A DNA stretch of 64,000 nt from an uncultured cyanobacterium. GTDB lineage: Bacteria; Cyanobacteriota; Cyanobacteriia; Cyanobacteriales; CAWUOF01. The translations under genes were made by a program, and so were the position numbers. This document shows, piece after piece, positions 52,235-63,523 of the stretch. The notes under the pieces were generated by a model. The model saw nothing but the letters and a program-made list of their open reading frames with translations. It was not told the DNA's origin and did no database searches. How positions within the stretch are numbered: the stretch's first letter is position 1; the number at the start of each line of letters is the position of its first letter. The stretch spans positions 1,280,001-1,344,000 of the forward strand of contig CAVUSO010000001.1 of assembly GCA_963744145.1 (NCBI GenBank). Reading direction: 5' to 3'.

Positions 52235-52659
52235 TATTGTGGAACAACATCATGGTCAACTTAAATGTCATTCTACCCTCGGACAAGGTACGGAATTTAT
52301 CATTCAAATCCCCATTCATCAACCTAACTGAAACTCTGCTCACTAATTTATCTGTAATCTTATCTCATCCTCCCATTAATGGCGATCGCATCTTCAAATT
52401 ACTTTGCCCAAAGTGTCATCTTATTCTTGGCAAATATTGTCAATTTTTGGTAGAATTACGCTTGACATTACTTTCAGAGTAGTGTTATAGTTAAGTTGAT
52501 AAGGAAGAACTATTTAAACTCAAAGTCTAGATAAATTTGGCCAAGTTCCAGTATTTTTTTATGCCTATAATCAATTATTTCTTGATATTTTAGATTCAAT
52601 TTTAACAATATCTCAGCTAGAGCCTAACTAAGATAATAGATATCTAGTGAAGAAATATT

Positions 52660-54840
52660 ATGAATCAGCTCAAAGAATATTATCTCCAGATCAGCAAACG
52701 GTTACCAATCCGTTTACTGTTGATTGTTCCTTTTGTATTAGAAATTGTGGGGACTGTGGGTCTCACTGGTTATCTTAGCATCCGTAATGGTCAAAGTGCA
52801 GTGACTAAACTTGCGATCGAACTCCGTCAAGAAATTAGCGATCGCACTAAAGAGCAAATTCTTACTTTTTTAGATAAACCATACAGCACCAGTCAGACGT
52901 TGAATATTATGGTGAGTGAAAAACTAATCGACTTAGATGATCCTGAACAGTTGCAACATATTTTATGGCGGATCTTAAAAGAGAATTCTCTCGAAAACCT
53001 GGCATTTACCACTCCCAAGGGTATTAATGTTTTCATTTCACGTATGCTCAATAACCAGATAGTTGCTAGTATTATGAAAGACCCCACTTCATTGATCCGC
53101 CAAACCTATACTCTTGATGAGTATGGAAAACCAATTAAATTGATTAATACTCATAAATTTGAACCCCTGACTCGAGCTTGGTATAAAAAGGCGATCAAAG
53201 CTCAAAAAGCAGTTTGGAATGATTTTTATATTTCTGCTTCTACTGGAATGGTTTCTATTTCTATTTCCCAACCTATTTATAATCAAAACAAAGAATTATT
53301 AGGTGTCCAAAGTAGCGATTTTCGGATCAAAGAAATTTATCAATTTTTACAAGGGATACAAACTAGTCAGACTGGACAAATTTTTATTATTGATCGTCAA
53401 GGTAATCTAGTCGCTAGTTCAGTAATTAAACAACCTTTTATCATTAAAGACCAGAAAGTTGAGCGAATTCCAGCCACCAAAATTGATAATTATCTAATTA
53501 CCTCTACCGCTCAAATACTGTGGCAAAGATTTAATCAACTTACGGATATTAATACTACTAAACAATTAGATTTTTTTGTCAAAGGCGAAAAAATATTTGT
53601 GCAAGTGTCACCAATTATAGATCACAGAGGAATCGATTGGTTAAGTGTCGTAGTTATACCTGAATCGCATTTTATGGCTGAAATTAATGCCAATACACAA
53701 ACTACTATTCTAATCTGTTTAATTGCCTTAATGGTCGCAATTATCATGGGAATCTATACATCCCAATGGTTGACTAAACCAATTTTAAATTTCAGTCAAG
53801 TATCTCTAGCGATCGCGGGTGGGAATTTAGATCAAGTCATAGAAATATCGCATATTAAGGAGTTACAAGACTTAGCATTTTCTTTCAATCTGATGGCTAA
53901 AAAACTGCGAGAATCATTTATGGAATTAGCCCAAATTAATGAACAATTAGAAGAAAAAGTAGCTACCAGAACCGCTGAACTTAAAGATACTCTTACCCAC
54001 TTAAAATCTACCCAAGCTCAACTGATTCAATCGGAAAAAATCTCCAGTTTAGGTAAATTAGTTGCGGGAATTGCCCATGAAATTAATAATCCCATCAGCT
54101 TTATTCATGGTAATATTGTGCATATTAGTGAATATCTAGACAATCTGTTAGAGTTAATCTCACTCTATCAAACTGAAATTCACCATGAGTCAGCCGCAAT
54201 TACTAATAAAATTGCCGATATGGAGTTAGAATTTATCAAAGAAGATGTAGTGAAAATACTCGCTTCGATGAAAAGTGGTACGGAAAGAATTAAAGCAATT
54301 GTCCTCTCCCTCCGTAATTTTTCCCGACTGGATGAATCCCAAATTAAAACTGTTAATATCCATGACGGGATTGACAGTGCCCTTCTGATCTTACAATATC
54401 GTCTGGAAACTCAGCCCAACTATCCCAAAATTGAAGTAATTCGTCATGATGGTAATCTACCCCCAGTCGAATGTTATCCCGGACAGCTTAATCAAGTATT
54501 GATGAATATCTTAAGTAATGCGATCGATGCTCTAGAAGAATCTTACCTCAACTCTACTCAACTTCATCCTCAAATTCAAATTCGGACTACTCTCCTTACT
54601 CCTGAGTCGATCGAAATTGCGATCGCAGATAATGGACCAGGAATTCCTGAATCTATCCAAGCTCAAATCTTTGACCCATTTTTTACGACCAAACCCGTAG
54701 GTAAAGGGACAGGAATGGGACTATCTATTAGTTATCAGATTATTGTGGAACAACATCACGGTCAACTTAAATGTCATTCCACAGAACAAGGAACCGAATT
54801 TCTGATCCAAATTCCCATCTCTCAATCCAGCATGATCTAA
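52660..54840 (+). CDS. Cache-HAMP sensor histidine kinase (copy 4, most divergent)
   Basis: Same architecture as copies 1-3. Confidence 0.92.
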   Translation: MNQLKEYYLQISKRLPIRLLLIVPFVLEIVGTVGLTGYLSIRNGQSAVTKLAIELRQEISDRTKEQILTFLDKPYSTSQTLNIMVSEKLIDLDDPEQLQHILWRILKENSLENLAFTTPKGINVFISRMLNNQIVASIMKDPTSLIRQTYTLDEYGKPIKLINTHKFEPLTRAWYKKAIKAQKAVWNDFYISASTGMVSISISQPIYNQNKELLGVQSSDFRIKEIYQFLQGIQTSQTGQIFIIDRQGNLVASSVIKQPFIIKDQKVERIPATKIDNYLITSTAQILWQRFNQLTDINTTKQLDFFVKGEKIFVQVSPIIDHRGIDWLSVVVIPESHFMAEINANTQTTILICLIALMVAIIMGIYTSQWLTKPILNFSQVSLAIAGGNLDQVIEISHIKELQDLAFSFNLMAKKLRESFMELAQINEQLEEKVATRTAELKDTLTHLKSTQAQLIQSEKISSLGKLVAGIAHEINNPISFIHGNIVHISEYLDNLLELISLYQTEIHHESAAITNKIADMELEFIKEDVVKILASMKSGTERIKAIVLSLRNFSRLDESQIKTVNIHDGIDSALLILQYRLETQPNYPKIEVIRHDGNLPPVECYPGQLNQVLMNILSNAIDALEESYLNSTQLHPQIQIRTTLLTPESIEIAIADNGPGIPESIQAQIFDPFFTTKPVGKGTGMGLSISYQIIVEQHHGQLKCHSTEQGTEFLIQIPISQSSMI

Positions 54841-54927
54841 CCATGAAATAACTATCAAAAGCGAATTTTTGCCAATCATAAATTCGCTTTTCGATAGCTA
54901 TCCCCATCTTGCCAAAAACATGGGCAG

Positions 54928-55227
54928 TTATTTTAATTCCAATTTTTCCAACAAACTAATTTTGTGGATGATGGCTGCGATCGTTACAGTTTTACTATCG
55001 ATCCGATAGATAATACGATAAGTGTAGGCAACCAGTTCCTTAATATTGTCTTGGTCAAACTCCGTTAGCGGTTTGCCCGACAAAGGAGAGTTACTCAGAT
55101 TAGCAGTCATGTCCAGGATTTTTTTCACCACCGCGGCAGCATAGTAATCCGAATCACGCGCTATATAGGTGGCGATCGCATCGACATCTTCTAAAGCTTT
55201 AGCAGACCATACTACTCGATAAGCCAT
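54928..55227 (-). CDS. RelE/ParE-family toxin
   Basis: VVWSAKALEDVDAIATYIARDS...YRIIYRI...IAAIIH. Confidence 0.88.
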   Translation of the reverse strand: MAYRVVWSAKALEDVDAIATYIARDSDYYAAAVVKKILDMTANLSNSPLSGKPLTEFDQDNIKELVAYTYRIIYRIDSKTVTIAAIIHKISLLEKLELK

Positions 55228-55400
55228 TTGCTTAAACTCTCTTCAACTTCTTTTTGGGTAATCGTTCTTTGGGTATCAGCTATCGCTAACCCTTGACGGA
55301 CTTTTTCTAAGACATACAAATGGTATTGAATATCTTCGATCGAACAATTATCTGGGAGCTGGTTTAACAAAAATTGTATTTCTTTTTTGGCATTATTCAT
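55212..55400 (-). CDS. Putative antitoxin
   Basis: LPDNCSIEDIQYHLYVLEKVRQGL; overlaps the toxin start. Confidence 0.8.
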   Translation of the reverse strand: MNNAKKEIQFLLNQLPDNCSIEDIQYHLYVLEKVRQGLAIADTQRTITQKEVEESLSKWLIE

Positions 55401-55562
55401 ATTTTTTACTCATCGCTATTTGACTTGATTTTTAAGTTTTTCCATTCCCCTTTTCCCCCTAATCTAAACATATCATATTCTCCCGGATAATTTTCCCTAC
55501 TTCTCCCCAAATTCATCTAAACACCCTCTAGATTCCTTCACCCATGTTTCCCTGAAAAATCC

Positions 55563-57440
55563 TTAAACAATTGTCGGCAAAAATTTCTGATGTTTTTGCT
55601 CAATTGCCGTTAATATTTCTGTGATTGTTTGGGCTACTGATAATACTCCCACATCACCATTAGCACGAGTCCGAATACTGATGCTTTCAGTTTCTACCTC
55701 CTTCGGTCCAATCACTCCCATCACCGGAATTTTATCTTTTTCTGCATTGCGAATCAACTTACCTAAACGTTCCTTGCTTTCATCAGCTTCGGCCCGAATT
55801 CCTCGCGATCGCATTTGTTGAGCCACATCGATTGCCAACGCCCGAAATTCATCACTTACTGGTAACAATCGTACTTGTACAGGTGCTAACCATAACGGAA
55901 AATCACCAACGTACTCTTCAATCAAAATCCCAATTAACCTTTCTAACGAGCCAAACGGAGCGCGATGAATCATCACAGGACGTTTCCGAGTGCCATCTTC
56001 TGCTACATATTCTAAATCAAACCGTTCTGGTAAATTATAATCTACTTGAACCGTTCCTAACTGCCATTCTCGATCTAAAGCATCACGAAAGATAAAATCT
56101 AACTTTGGACCATAAAACGCCGCTTCTCCTGGTGCTTCAAAAGAAGCCATTCCTAGAGTTTCTACCGCACGACGGATTGCACCTTCAGCTTTTTCCCAAG
56201 CTGCTTCTGAGCCAATATACTTATCTGAAGCGGGATCACGGAAACTTAATCTCGCTTTAAAGTTTTGTAAGTGCAAACTTTTGAACACGGACAAAATTAA
56301 ATCGACCACGCTCAAAAATTCTGAGTCTAGCTGTTCTGGGGTAACAAACAGATGGGAATCATCCACCGTAAAACCCCGGACTCTAGTTAACCCTCCCAAT
56401 TCCCCTGATTGCTCATATCGATAAACCGTCCCAAATTCTGCTAAACGCATTGGTAATTCTCGATAGGAACGCAACTCGCTTTTATAGATTTGGATGTGAA
56501 ACGGACAATTCATCGGTTTCAACACGAATCCTTGTTCTGCGGCTGCGGCAACTTCATCCTCTGCCATCATGGGAAACATATCTTCTTTATATTTTTGCCA
56601 GTGACCGGAGGTTTTGAATAAATCTACTCTACCAATATGAGGTGTCACTACAGGTAAATAACCACGTTTAATTTGCTCCTGTTTGAGAAAATCTTCGAGT
56701 AGACTGCGTAATAAAGTTCCCTTCGGAGTCCATAGTGGTAATCCTGGTCCCACCACATCAGCGAAAATAAATAATCCTAATTCTTTACCGAGTTTCCGGT
56801 GATCGCGTTTGAGTGCTTCTTCTTTACGACGTTTATACTCAGCTAATTGTGCAGGTGTTTCCCAAGCAGTACCATAGATCCGTTGGAGTTGAGCTTTGGT
56901 CGCATCACCCCTCCAGTAAGCACCAGCCACACTTTCTAGTTCAATGGCTTTAGGATCAATTTCACTGGTATTGCTAACATGGGGCCCAGCACATAAATCC
57001 CACCAGCGATCGCCCAGATGATAAATGGTAATAGGCTCTTGTAGCCCTGCTAAGATTTCCAGTTTATAAGGTTCATTGATTTCCCGAATCCGTCGTTCTG
57101 CTTCCTGACGACTAACTTCTTCCCTGACTACGGGTAATTTACTATTGATAATTTTGACCATTTCTTTTTGGATAGCTTTAAGATCCTTTTCGGTAAAAGG
57201 TTCTGGTTGGTCAAAATCGTAATAAAATCCGTAATCTATCCAAGGACCGATTGTGACTTGCGCTTTCGGAAATAGCTTTTGGACCGCCATAGCCATGACA
57301 TGAGAGCTGGTATGGCGAATTTTTTTCAGGCTTTCAGATTCACCAGTCCGAAGTAATACGATTGATTCTGGCTGATCTGGGAGTGGTGAAGCGGATTGGT
57401 TAGGCATTGGCAGATTGATGGGTTGACCGAACTGGATCAA
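55563..57440 (-). CDS. thrS: Threonine--tRNA ligase
   Basis: DLCAGPH, RDHRKLG, KPMNCP, IHRAPFGSLER. The exact start is uncertain. Confidence 0.96.
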   Translation of the reverse strand: MIQFGQPINLPMPNQSASPLPDQPESIVLLRTGESESLKKIRHTSSHVMAMAVQKLFPKAQVTIGPWIDYGFYYDFDQPEPFTEKDLKAIQKEMVKIINSKLPVVREEVSRQEAERRIREINEPYKLEILAGLQEPITIYHLGDRWWDLCAGPHVSNTSEIDPKAIELESVAGAYWRGDATKAQLQRIYGTAWETPAQLAEYKRRKEEALKRDHRKLGKELGLFIFADVVGPGLPLWTPKGTLLRSLLEDFLKQEQIKRGYLPVVTPHIGRVDLFKTSGHWQKYKEDMFPMMAEDEVAAAAEQGFVLKPMNCPFHIQIYKSELRSYRELPMRLAEFGTVYRYEQSGELGGLTRVRGFTVDDSHLFVTPEQLDSEFLSVVDLILSVFKSLHLQNFKARLSFRDPASDKYIGSEAAWEKAEGAIRRAVETLGMASFEAPGEAAFYGPKLDFIFRDALDREWQLGTVQVDYNLPERFDLEYVAEDGTRKRPVMIHRAPFGSLERLIGILIEEYVGDFPLWLAPVQVRLLPVSDEFRALAIDVAQQMRSRGIRAEADESKERLGKLIRNAEKDKIPVMGVIGPKEVETESISIRTRANGDVGVLSVAQTITEILTAIEQKHQKFLPTIV

Positions 57441-57607
57441 TTTGAGTTTAGGATTATAATACCCTGATCGCTTCTATCCGAGCAAAAGATTAATTCTCCC
57501 GTCCCATTTCCCCCTTTGCTGATCTTCCTCCCCATCTAGATGAGTTTAATGTAAAGAAACGTAAATTAGGTTAAGATTAGATTCAGCTCCTAGTAAATGA
57601 AAAATTC

Positions 57608-57949
57608 ATGTTTAACTCCAATCTGCCGGAGTCCAATTTGCTCAAAAGCATTTTAGAGCCATTGTTAGCGGATTTTCAATCTAGTCTAGAAAAGGCGCGA
57701 TCGCTCCTCGAAACAGAAAGTATTTCTTTTTTGAGCCCTCAGGCACAATTAGATCTGACTACCCGTGTTCAGCAAGCCCAAAAAGAAGTCCAGACAGCCC
57801 AAATCCTCCTCGATGCTACTAATGGTCAAGTAGGAGTCGAAATGTCTGTCCTGATTCCTTGGCACCGATTGCTGATTGAATGTTGGCAAGTGGCCATGCG
57901 TCATCGCTTAGAAAAATCTATCCCAGAAAAGCTATCTTCATCCAGCTAG
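57608..57949 (+). CDS. DUF2605-like protein
   Basis: LLKSILEPLLADF...PWHRLLIECWQVA. Confidence 0.75.
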   Translation: MFNSNLPESNLLKSILEPLLADFQSSLEKARSLLETESISFLSPQAQLDLTTRVQQAQKEVQTAQILLDATNGQVGVEMSVLIPWHRLLIECWQVAMRHRLEKSIPEKLSSSS

Positions 57950-58068
57950 CGCGATTAACGAAAACATTTAGAATCAAAAAAAGCGATCGCGGTTCTTACA
58001 CCAATCTCAACCCATTTTCACCATTGACTCAATTTCTGCATTGTCCGTTGGCAAGGGAGGAACTAAAA

Positions 58069-58404
58069 ATGTTACATTTACTTTACATACTGGCCTTTAC
58101 TATTTTGGCTGTTTTAGCAGTTGGCAACTTAATTCGCAACCTAATTAATTTAAGTATTGAATCTCACCGTCCACCCCACCCTTCCCGGTGGAATAGCATC
58201 GATCAAGTCAACCGAATTCCTCATTTCCCCAGTGCTGAATCTCGACCGGTCCCACACCCTGAACTTTTTGATGCTACTGGTCGAGTCATAGATGAACCAC
58301 TGTTAATTATGCGCTCTATTACTGTTGAAGATGCTCGGGAACAACTAGATGCACTTTATGAAGCTTCTCCTAGCTCAAATAGCGAACCATCAGAAGAAGC
58401 TTAA
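58069..58404 (+). CDS. DUF2973-like protein
   Basis: GGAGG RBS then MLHLLYILAFT...HPELFD...VEDAREQLDALY. Confidence 0.75.
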   Translation: MLHLLYILAFTILAVLAVGNLIRNLINLSIESHRPPHPSRWNSIDQVNRIPHFPSAESRPVPHPELFDATGRVIDEPLLIMRSITVEDAREQLDALYEASPSSNSEPSEEA

Positions 58405-58419
58405 AAAATGACCAAAATC

Positions 58420-59052
58420 TTAAGCCATATTACTTTCGATCGCCCAACGCGCTAGTTCGGTCCGATTTTTCAGGTCCGTTTTACTCAGCATATTAGAAAC
58501 ATGACTTTCGATCGTCCGCTGACTCACATTCATAATGTCTGCAATATCACGGTTAGCTAACCCACGCGCTACATACTGTACTACTTTTAATTCGGTTGGG
58601 GTTAACTCTACACCATAAGGAACTTGGATTTTTGGGCTATTTTCCGATTCTTGTGATTGACGTTGAATCAGACGAGAGGTTTGTTTGAGGGATGATTCCA
58701 CTTGAGCTACCAGCTCTTCTGGTTCAAACGGTTTCACCATATAAACATCTGCACCAATATTCAATCCTTTGACTCGATCTTGACTTTGACCCTTAGCTGA
58801 CAAAAATAATACGGGAATCCAACTGGTGCGCTGATCTTCACGGATATGTTTGACAAAAGAATAACCGTCCATTTCGGGCATCATGACATCACAAATAATC
58901 ATATCTGGCATTTCCCGCTCTAGTAGTTCCAAAGCTTCTCTACCATTTTCCGCGGTAATGACATGATAGCCCCGAAATTCTAGGTAATCTTTGACTAACA
59001 AAATTAAATTGGGATCATCATCAATCAATAGTAACCGTTTTTGTTCATTCAT
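58420..59052 (-). CDS. NarL/LuxR-family response regulator
   Basis: Receiver (ICDVMMPEMDG) plus LuxR HTH (LTPTELKV...TIESHVSNML). Confidence 0.92.
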   Translation of the reverse strand: MNEQKRLLLIDDDPNLILLVKDYLEFRGYHVITAENGREALELLEREMPDMIICDVMMPEMDGYSFVKHIREDQRTSWIPVLFLSAKGQSQDRVKGLNIGADVYMVKPFEPEELVAQVESSLKQTSRLIQRQSQESENSPKIQVPYGVELTPTELKVVQYVARGLANRDIADIMNVSQRTIESHVSNMLSKTDLKNRTELARWAIESNMA

Positions 59053-59288
59053 CCTACTTTATTTCATCCTGTAATACTTTGCTATTGATCAAATCCATCT
59101 ATTTTCTCAACTATTTTTCCAATTTTATCCAGGTTTTAACGATTTACATTTAACACTTGAGGGCTTACTGCTAGTCATTGATTTGGAGAAATAGGCAACA
59201 ACCAATATCAAAATTATTATATATAATAGGATCTATTTGATCGACTCTATGATTATGATCTCTTATATTTTCAGAGAAAAATATAGGT

Positions 59289-59762
59289 TTAAATACTGAC
59301 TTCCGGAGCAAATGACAAAGGACGGATCAAAAAAGCATATTCTTGAACAACCTGATTGTCAATTAAATGTTCATTAATAATTCGTTCAATTACTGGGGGA
59401 GTTACCTGATAATACCAGACACCATCGGGATAAACTACTAAAATTGGCCCTTGAGTACAAACTCTTAAACAGTTAGCTTTAGTCCGAAATACACTGCTAG
59501 GTCGAGTTTCACTAGGTACATCCAGTTTTAATTCTTTTAAACGTTTTTTTAAATATTCCCAAGCAGCTAGGCTAGTTTCGGTGGAACAGCACTTGGGGAT
59601 ACTCGGATCAGCACAAATAAAAATGTGTCTTTGCATTCTGTCCATCCCTAAAGCTTGGACAGAAGCAGCCAAGATATTTTTTGGATGTTCCAGCTCAAAA
59701 TCTTGTTCTGGTCCAGTTATACCTGGGGGAATGTTAATTGGGCTGAAGGAATTGTCATTCAT
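59289..59762 (-). CDS. Thioredoxin-like [2Fe-2S] ferredoxin
   Basis: HIFIC...KCC...ANCLRVCTQGPILVVYPDGVWY. Confidence 0.88.
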   Translation of the reverse strand: MNDNSFSPINIPPGITGPEQDFELEHPKNILAASVQALGMDRMQRHIFICADPSIPKCCSTETSLAAWEYLKKRLKELKLDVPSETRPSSVFRTKANCLRVCTQGPILVVYPDGVWYYQVTPPVIERIINEHLIDNQVVQEYAFLIRPLSFAPEVSI

Positions 59763-59868
59763 GGGGTTAGCGCTCCATCACTAGGTAAATAGCTAAATCA
59801 ATCAAAGCAATTAAATTCGCTCTTTGTCCTGCCCATACCTCTACTCTACGATTTTCTAGACTAAATTA

Positions 59869-59884
59869 GTTCGGGAACCCGTAC
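59869..59884 (+). promoter_or_regulatory. K-box of the groESL promoter
   Basis: GTTCGG-GAAC-CCGTAC fits GTTCGG-NNAN-CCNNAC. Confidence 0.75.
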
Positions 59885-59922
59885 CAGTAAGTCTGTTGCG
59901 ATCGCTTTGGCCTTAGCTTACA

Positions 59923-59949
59923 TTAGCACTCAGGAGGAGAGAGTGCTAA
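59923..59949. promoter_or_regulatory. CIRCE element (HrcA operator)
   Basis: Perfect TTAGCACTC-N9-GAGTGCTAA, overlapping a -10-like TACATT. Confidence 0.95.
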
Positions 59950-60027
59950 GTGCGAGAACAACCAACTCGCTCAAAAGAGTAACTCGCTTCCCCTGTTTAG
60001 TAAATCTATAGTAATCGAGATTGTGGT

Positions 60028-60339
60028 ATGGCAGCAGTATCTCTAAGCGTTTCTACCGTTAAACCTCTGGCCGATCGCGTGTTCGTCAAAGTAAGCGCAT
60101 CGGAAGAAAAAACCCCTGGTGGTATCCTTCTTCCTGACACTGCTAAAGAAAAACCCCAAGTGGGCGAAGTTGTCCAAGTTGGCCCAGGTAAGCGTAATGA
60201 TGACGGCTCTCGTCAAGAATTAGAAGTTAAAGTTGGGGACAAAGTTCTCTACTCGAAATACGCTGGGACTGACATCAAGCTAGGTACAGATGAATATGTC
60301 TTGCTGTCAGAAAAAGACATTCTAGCTGTTGTTAACTAA
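60028..60339 (+). CDS. groES: Co-chaperonin GroES
   Basis: KPLADRV...[14 protein letters not shown]. Confidence 0.97.
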   Translation: MAAVSLSVSTVKPLADRVFVKVSASEEKTPGGILLPDTAKEKPQVGEVVQVGPGKRNDDGSRQELEVKVGDKVLYSKYAGTDIKLGTDEYVLLSEKDILAVVN

Positions 60340-60429
60340 TAATTCAACTTTAATCAGGGATTAAGGTTGAGCGATCGTCACCAAAAACACTTAAAGACAA
60401 AATTCACTTACCGACAGAGTTCCAAATAT

Positions 60430-62073
60430 ATGGCTAAACGCATCATTTACAACGAAAACGCTCGTCGCGCTCTCGAAAGAGGTATGGATATTCTCGCGGA
60501 AGCGGTGGCTGTGACCCTCGGTCCTAAAGGTCGGAATGTAGTGCTAGAAAAGAAATTCGGCGCTCCTCAGATCGTTAATGATGGGATCACCATTGCCAAA
60601 GAAATTGAACTCGAAGACCATGTAGAAAATACTGGTGTTGCTCTAATCCGTCAAGCAGCTTCAAAAACTAATGATGCTGCTGGTGATGGAACCACCACCG
60701 CGACCGTATTAGCTCATGCGATGGTAAAAGAAGGTCTGCGGAATGTAGCCGCAGGGGCTAATGCGATCGCCCTCAAACGCGGAATTGATAAAGCAACTAA
60801 TTTCCTAGTAGAAAAAATTGCCGCTCACTCCCGTCCCGTCGAAGATTCCAAAGCGATCGCCCAAGTTGGTGCAATTTCTGCTGGTAATGATGACGAAGTT
60901 GGTCAAATGATTGCCAACGCAATGGATAAGGTGGGTAAAGAAGGTGTAATTTCCCTCGAAGAAGGGAAGTCCATGACCACCGAACTGGAAATTACAGAAG
61001 GGATGCGTTTTGATAAAGGCTACATCTCTCCTTACTTCGCTACAGATATGGAGCGGATGGAAGCTATTTTTGATGAGCCTTTTATTCTCCTCACCGATAA
61101 GAAAATTACCCTAGTCCAAGACTTAGTACCTGTCCTCGAACAAGTAGCTCGAGCTGGTCGTCCTTTAGTGATTATCGCTGAAGATATTGAAAAAGAAGCT
61201 CTCGCTACCTTGGTTGTCAACCGTCTCCGGGGTGTACTCAATGTCGCTGCGGTGAAAGCTCCAGGATTTGGCGATCGTCGTAAAGCGATGTTGGAAGATA
61301 TTGCTGTCCTCACTGGTGGTCAACTGATCACCGAAGATGCAGGATTAAAGCTAGAAAATACTAAGTTAGATTCTCTAGGTAAAGCTCGTCGGATCACGAT
61401 TACCAAAGACAACACCACTATTGTGGCTGAAGGTAACGAAAAAGAAGTTAAAGCTCGTTGTGAACAAATCCGTCGTCAAATGGACGAAACTGATTCTTCC
61501 TATGACAAGGAAAAACTGCAAGAGCGTCTGGCTAAACTAGCTGGTGGAGTTGCTGTCATTAAAGTTGGCGCTGCAACCGAAACCGAAATGAAAGATCGCA
61601 AACTCCGCTTAGAAGATGCGATCAATGCTACCAAAGCCGCAGTGGAAGAAGGAATTGTTCCTGGTGGTGGTACTACTTTAGCGCACTTAGCACCAGACCT
61701 GGAAACTTGGGCTAATACCAATCTCGTTGGGGAAGAACTCACAGGTGCTCAAATTGTGGCTCGTGCTTTAGCTGCTCCTTTAAAACGGATTGCAGAAAAT
61801 GCAGGTCAAAATGGCGCTGTAATTGCCGAACGAGTTAAAGAGAAAGAATTTAATGTCGGCTATAATGCTGCTACTGGTGAGTTTGTGGATCTGTTCGCGG
61901 CTGGAATTGTTGACCCAGCTAAAGTAACTCGTTCCGCTCTCCAAAATGCCGCTTCGATCGCTGGGATGGTCTTAACCACTGAATGTATTGTGGTTGATAA
62001 ACCTGAACCCAAAGAAGGTGCTGCTGCTGGTGCTGGTGCTGGTGGTATGGGTGGTGGCGATTTTGATTACTAA
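60430..62073 (+). CDS. groEL: Chaperonin GroEL
   Basis: MAKRIIY...GDGTTT...[10 protein letters not shown]. Confidence 0.97.
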   Translation: MAKRIIYNENARRALERGMDILAEAVAVTLGPKGRNVVLEKKFGAPQIVNDGITIAKEIELEDHVENTGVALIRQAASKTNDAAGDGTTTATVLAHAMVKEGLRNVAAGANAIALKRGIDKATNFLVEKIAAHSRPVEDSKAIAQVGAISAGNDDEVGQMIANAMDKVGKEGVISLEEGKSMTTELEITEGMRFDKGYISPYFATDMERMEAIFDEPFILLTDKKITLVQDLVPVLEQVARAGRPLVIIAEDIEKEALATLVVNRLRGVLNVAAVKAPGFGDRRKAMLEDIAVLTGGQLITEDAGLKLENTKLDSLGKARRITITKDNTTIVAEGNEKEVKARCEQIRRQMDETDSSYDKEKLQERLAKLAGGVAVIKVGAATETEMKDRKLRLEDAINATKAAVEEGIVPGGGTTLAHLAPDLETWANTNLVGEELTGAQIVARALAAPLKRIAENAGQNGAVIAERVKEKEFNVGYNAATGEFVDLFAAGIVDPAKVTRSALQNAASIAGMVLTTECIVVDKPEPKEGAAAGAGAGGMGGGDFDY

Positions 62074-62168
62074 TTTCAGCTATAATCTGGCGATCGAGAA
62101 CTAGATTTAACTAAACCAATCTAATTTCTCGAACAAGGATTTGTGATCTGATTCTGTAATTAAACATC

Positions 62169-62196
62169 ATCGGGGCAATCCGTCATTGCCCCGATT
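62169..62196 (+). terminator. Hairpin after groEL
   Basis: ATCGGGGCAAT-CCGTC-ATTGCCCCGAT. Confidence 0.55.
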
Positions 62197-62255
62197 AACT
62201 ATGGGAAAAAATTGATCCCAAAATTTTTCCGATCATACTGTAGGTCAAGTTAAGT

Positions 62256-62831
62256 ATGAGTGTCACAATTGCTAAACATCAATATTCTTTTGAAGAATAT
62301 CTAGCTTTTGACGATGGAACAGATCATCGCTATGAATTAGTTGATGGGAGATTAGAACTAATGAATCCACCAACTTTTAGACATTTGCTTATCGCTAAGT
62401 TACTTGAGCAAATATTTGATACAGAAATTAAACGATTAAAATTACCTTGGCTATGTTTTCGGGAAGCAGGAATTAGAACAGGATGGAGAAAGTCTAGATT
62501 ATGTGATCTTTATATTGTACCGATTGAGCAGGTGAGAGATTTTTTACATCTTTCTGCTGTGGTGGAAGTAGCACCTTTATTAGCGGTAGAGATTGTTAGT
62601 CCTGAATCTGTCAATCGAGACTATCGTTATAAGCGTTCTGAATATGCAGCTGTAGAGATTCCTGAATATTGGATTGTCGATCCGATCGCATCAAAAGTAA
62701 CAGTTTTATTATGGGAAGATGGTTGGTATGAAGCCACAGCTTTTCTAGCTAATCAAAATATTGTTTCTCCCACTTTTCCAGAATTAGTTTTAACAGTTGA
62801 GCAAATCTTAGCTGCTGGTAATATTAGTTAG
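62256..62831 (+). CDS. Uma2 (DUF820) family endonuclease-like protein
   Basis: RYELVDG, VEIVSP, YRYKRSEY, EYWIVDP. Confidence 0.9.
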   Translation: MSVTIAKHQYSFEEYLAFDDGTDHRYELVDGRLELMNPPTFRHLLIAKLLEQIFDTEIKRLKLPWLCFREAGIRTGWRKSRLCDLYIVPIEQVRDFLHLSAVVEVAPLLAVEIVSPESVNRDYRYKRSEYAAVEIPEYWIVDPIASKVTVLLWEDGWYEATAFLANQNIVSPTFPELVLTVEQILAAGNIS

Positions 62832-62861
62832 AAAACTTGGCAATTAATCATTAAAAAATCT

Positions 62862-63275
62862 ATGTTAAAATTATTCCTGCTATTATTTTCTTTGATTTCT
62901 CTGTCAGCTTCTGACTTGACTTTAGCTCAAACCGATATCCACTCTAATTTTAAACAGATTGATCTTAAAAGATTATTACCGAATCAGCCGAATTCTTTTA
63001 CTAGTCCGAAAGCCCTAGCATTACAACTTTTTGGTAATGATCAAGACCGAGAAGGTAGAAAATCTGAGGAAATTTCAATTGAATATCTAACCAGCGATAC
63101 AGCAGTAATAGTTGAAACTTTAGTCGGTTTAGCTGATGATTCTGTAGGGGGAATCCGTTACCGAATTGAATTAGAACTTCGTCAAAATAAGTGGCAAATT
63201 GTTTGGGTGGGTCAACAAACTAAATGTCAACCCGATCGGGGACATCAAGATTGGTCTGTAGAACTTTGTTCATAA
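62862..63275 (+). CDS. Secreted hypothetical protein
   Basis: Signal-peptide-like N-terminus; DDSVGGIRYR...C..RG..W...C. Confidence 0.75.
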   Translation: MLKLFLLLFSLISLSASDLTLAQTDIHSNFKQIDLKRLLPNQPNSFTSPKALALQLFGNDQDREGRKSEEISIEYLTSDTAVIVETLVGLADDSVGGIRYRIELELRQNKWQIVWVGQQTKCQPDRGHQDWSVELCS

Positions 63276-63302
63276 ATATTTATTTCAAATCCTAGTCCAT
63301 CC

Positions 63303-63335
63303 CCCTGGTAGTAACAAGCAACCAGGGTTTTTTTT
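63303..63335 (+). terminator. Intrinsic terminator
   Basis: CCCTGGT...ACCAGGG followed by a T-run. Confidence 0.65.
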
Positions 63336-63523
63336 ACCAAGACCAAGGAATTTAACGCATAATCAATCAGAAAACCATCTGATTTTTTAAGTTTTATTAA
63401 AAATCTGAGCAAAATTAAGAAAATTGGCTAGCGGTCAATTAGATCCCAAATAGGTTCTATACTACGTGAACGCAAAACTAACAGACAGCTATAATAAAAT
63501 TGAACGAAATCAACTAAAGCAAC

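Larger units (their letters stand above)
49006..52331 (+). pseudogene. Cache-HAMP histidine kinase (copy 3) interrupted by an IS
   Basis: Frame breaks at 51086 (...ISYQI); IVEQHHGQLKCHS...IHQPN* resumes at 52235-52331. Also DNGPGI changed to DNEPGI. Confidence 0.9.
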
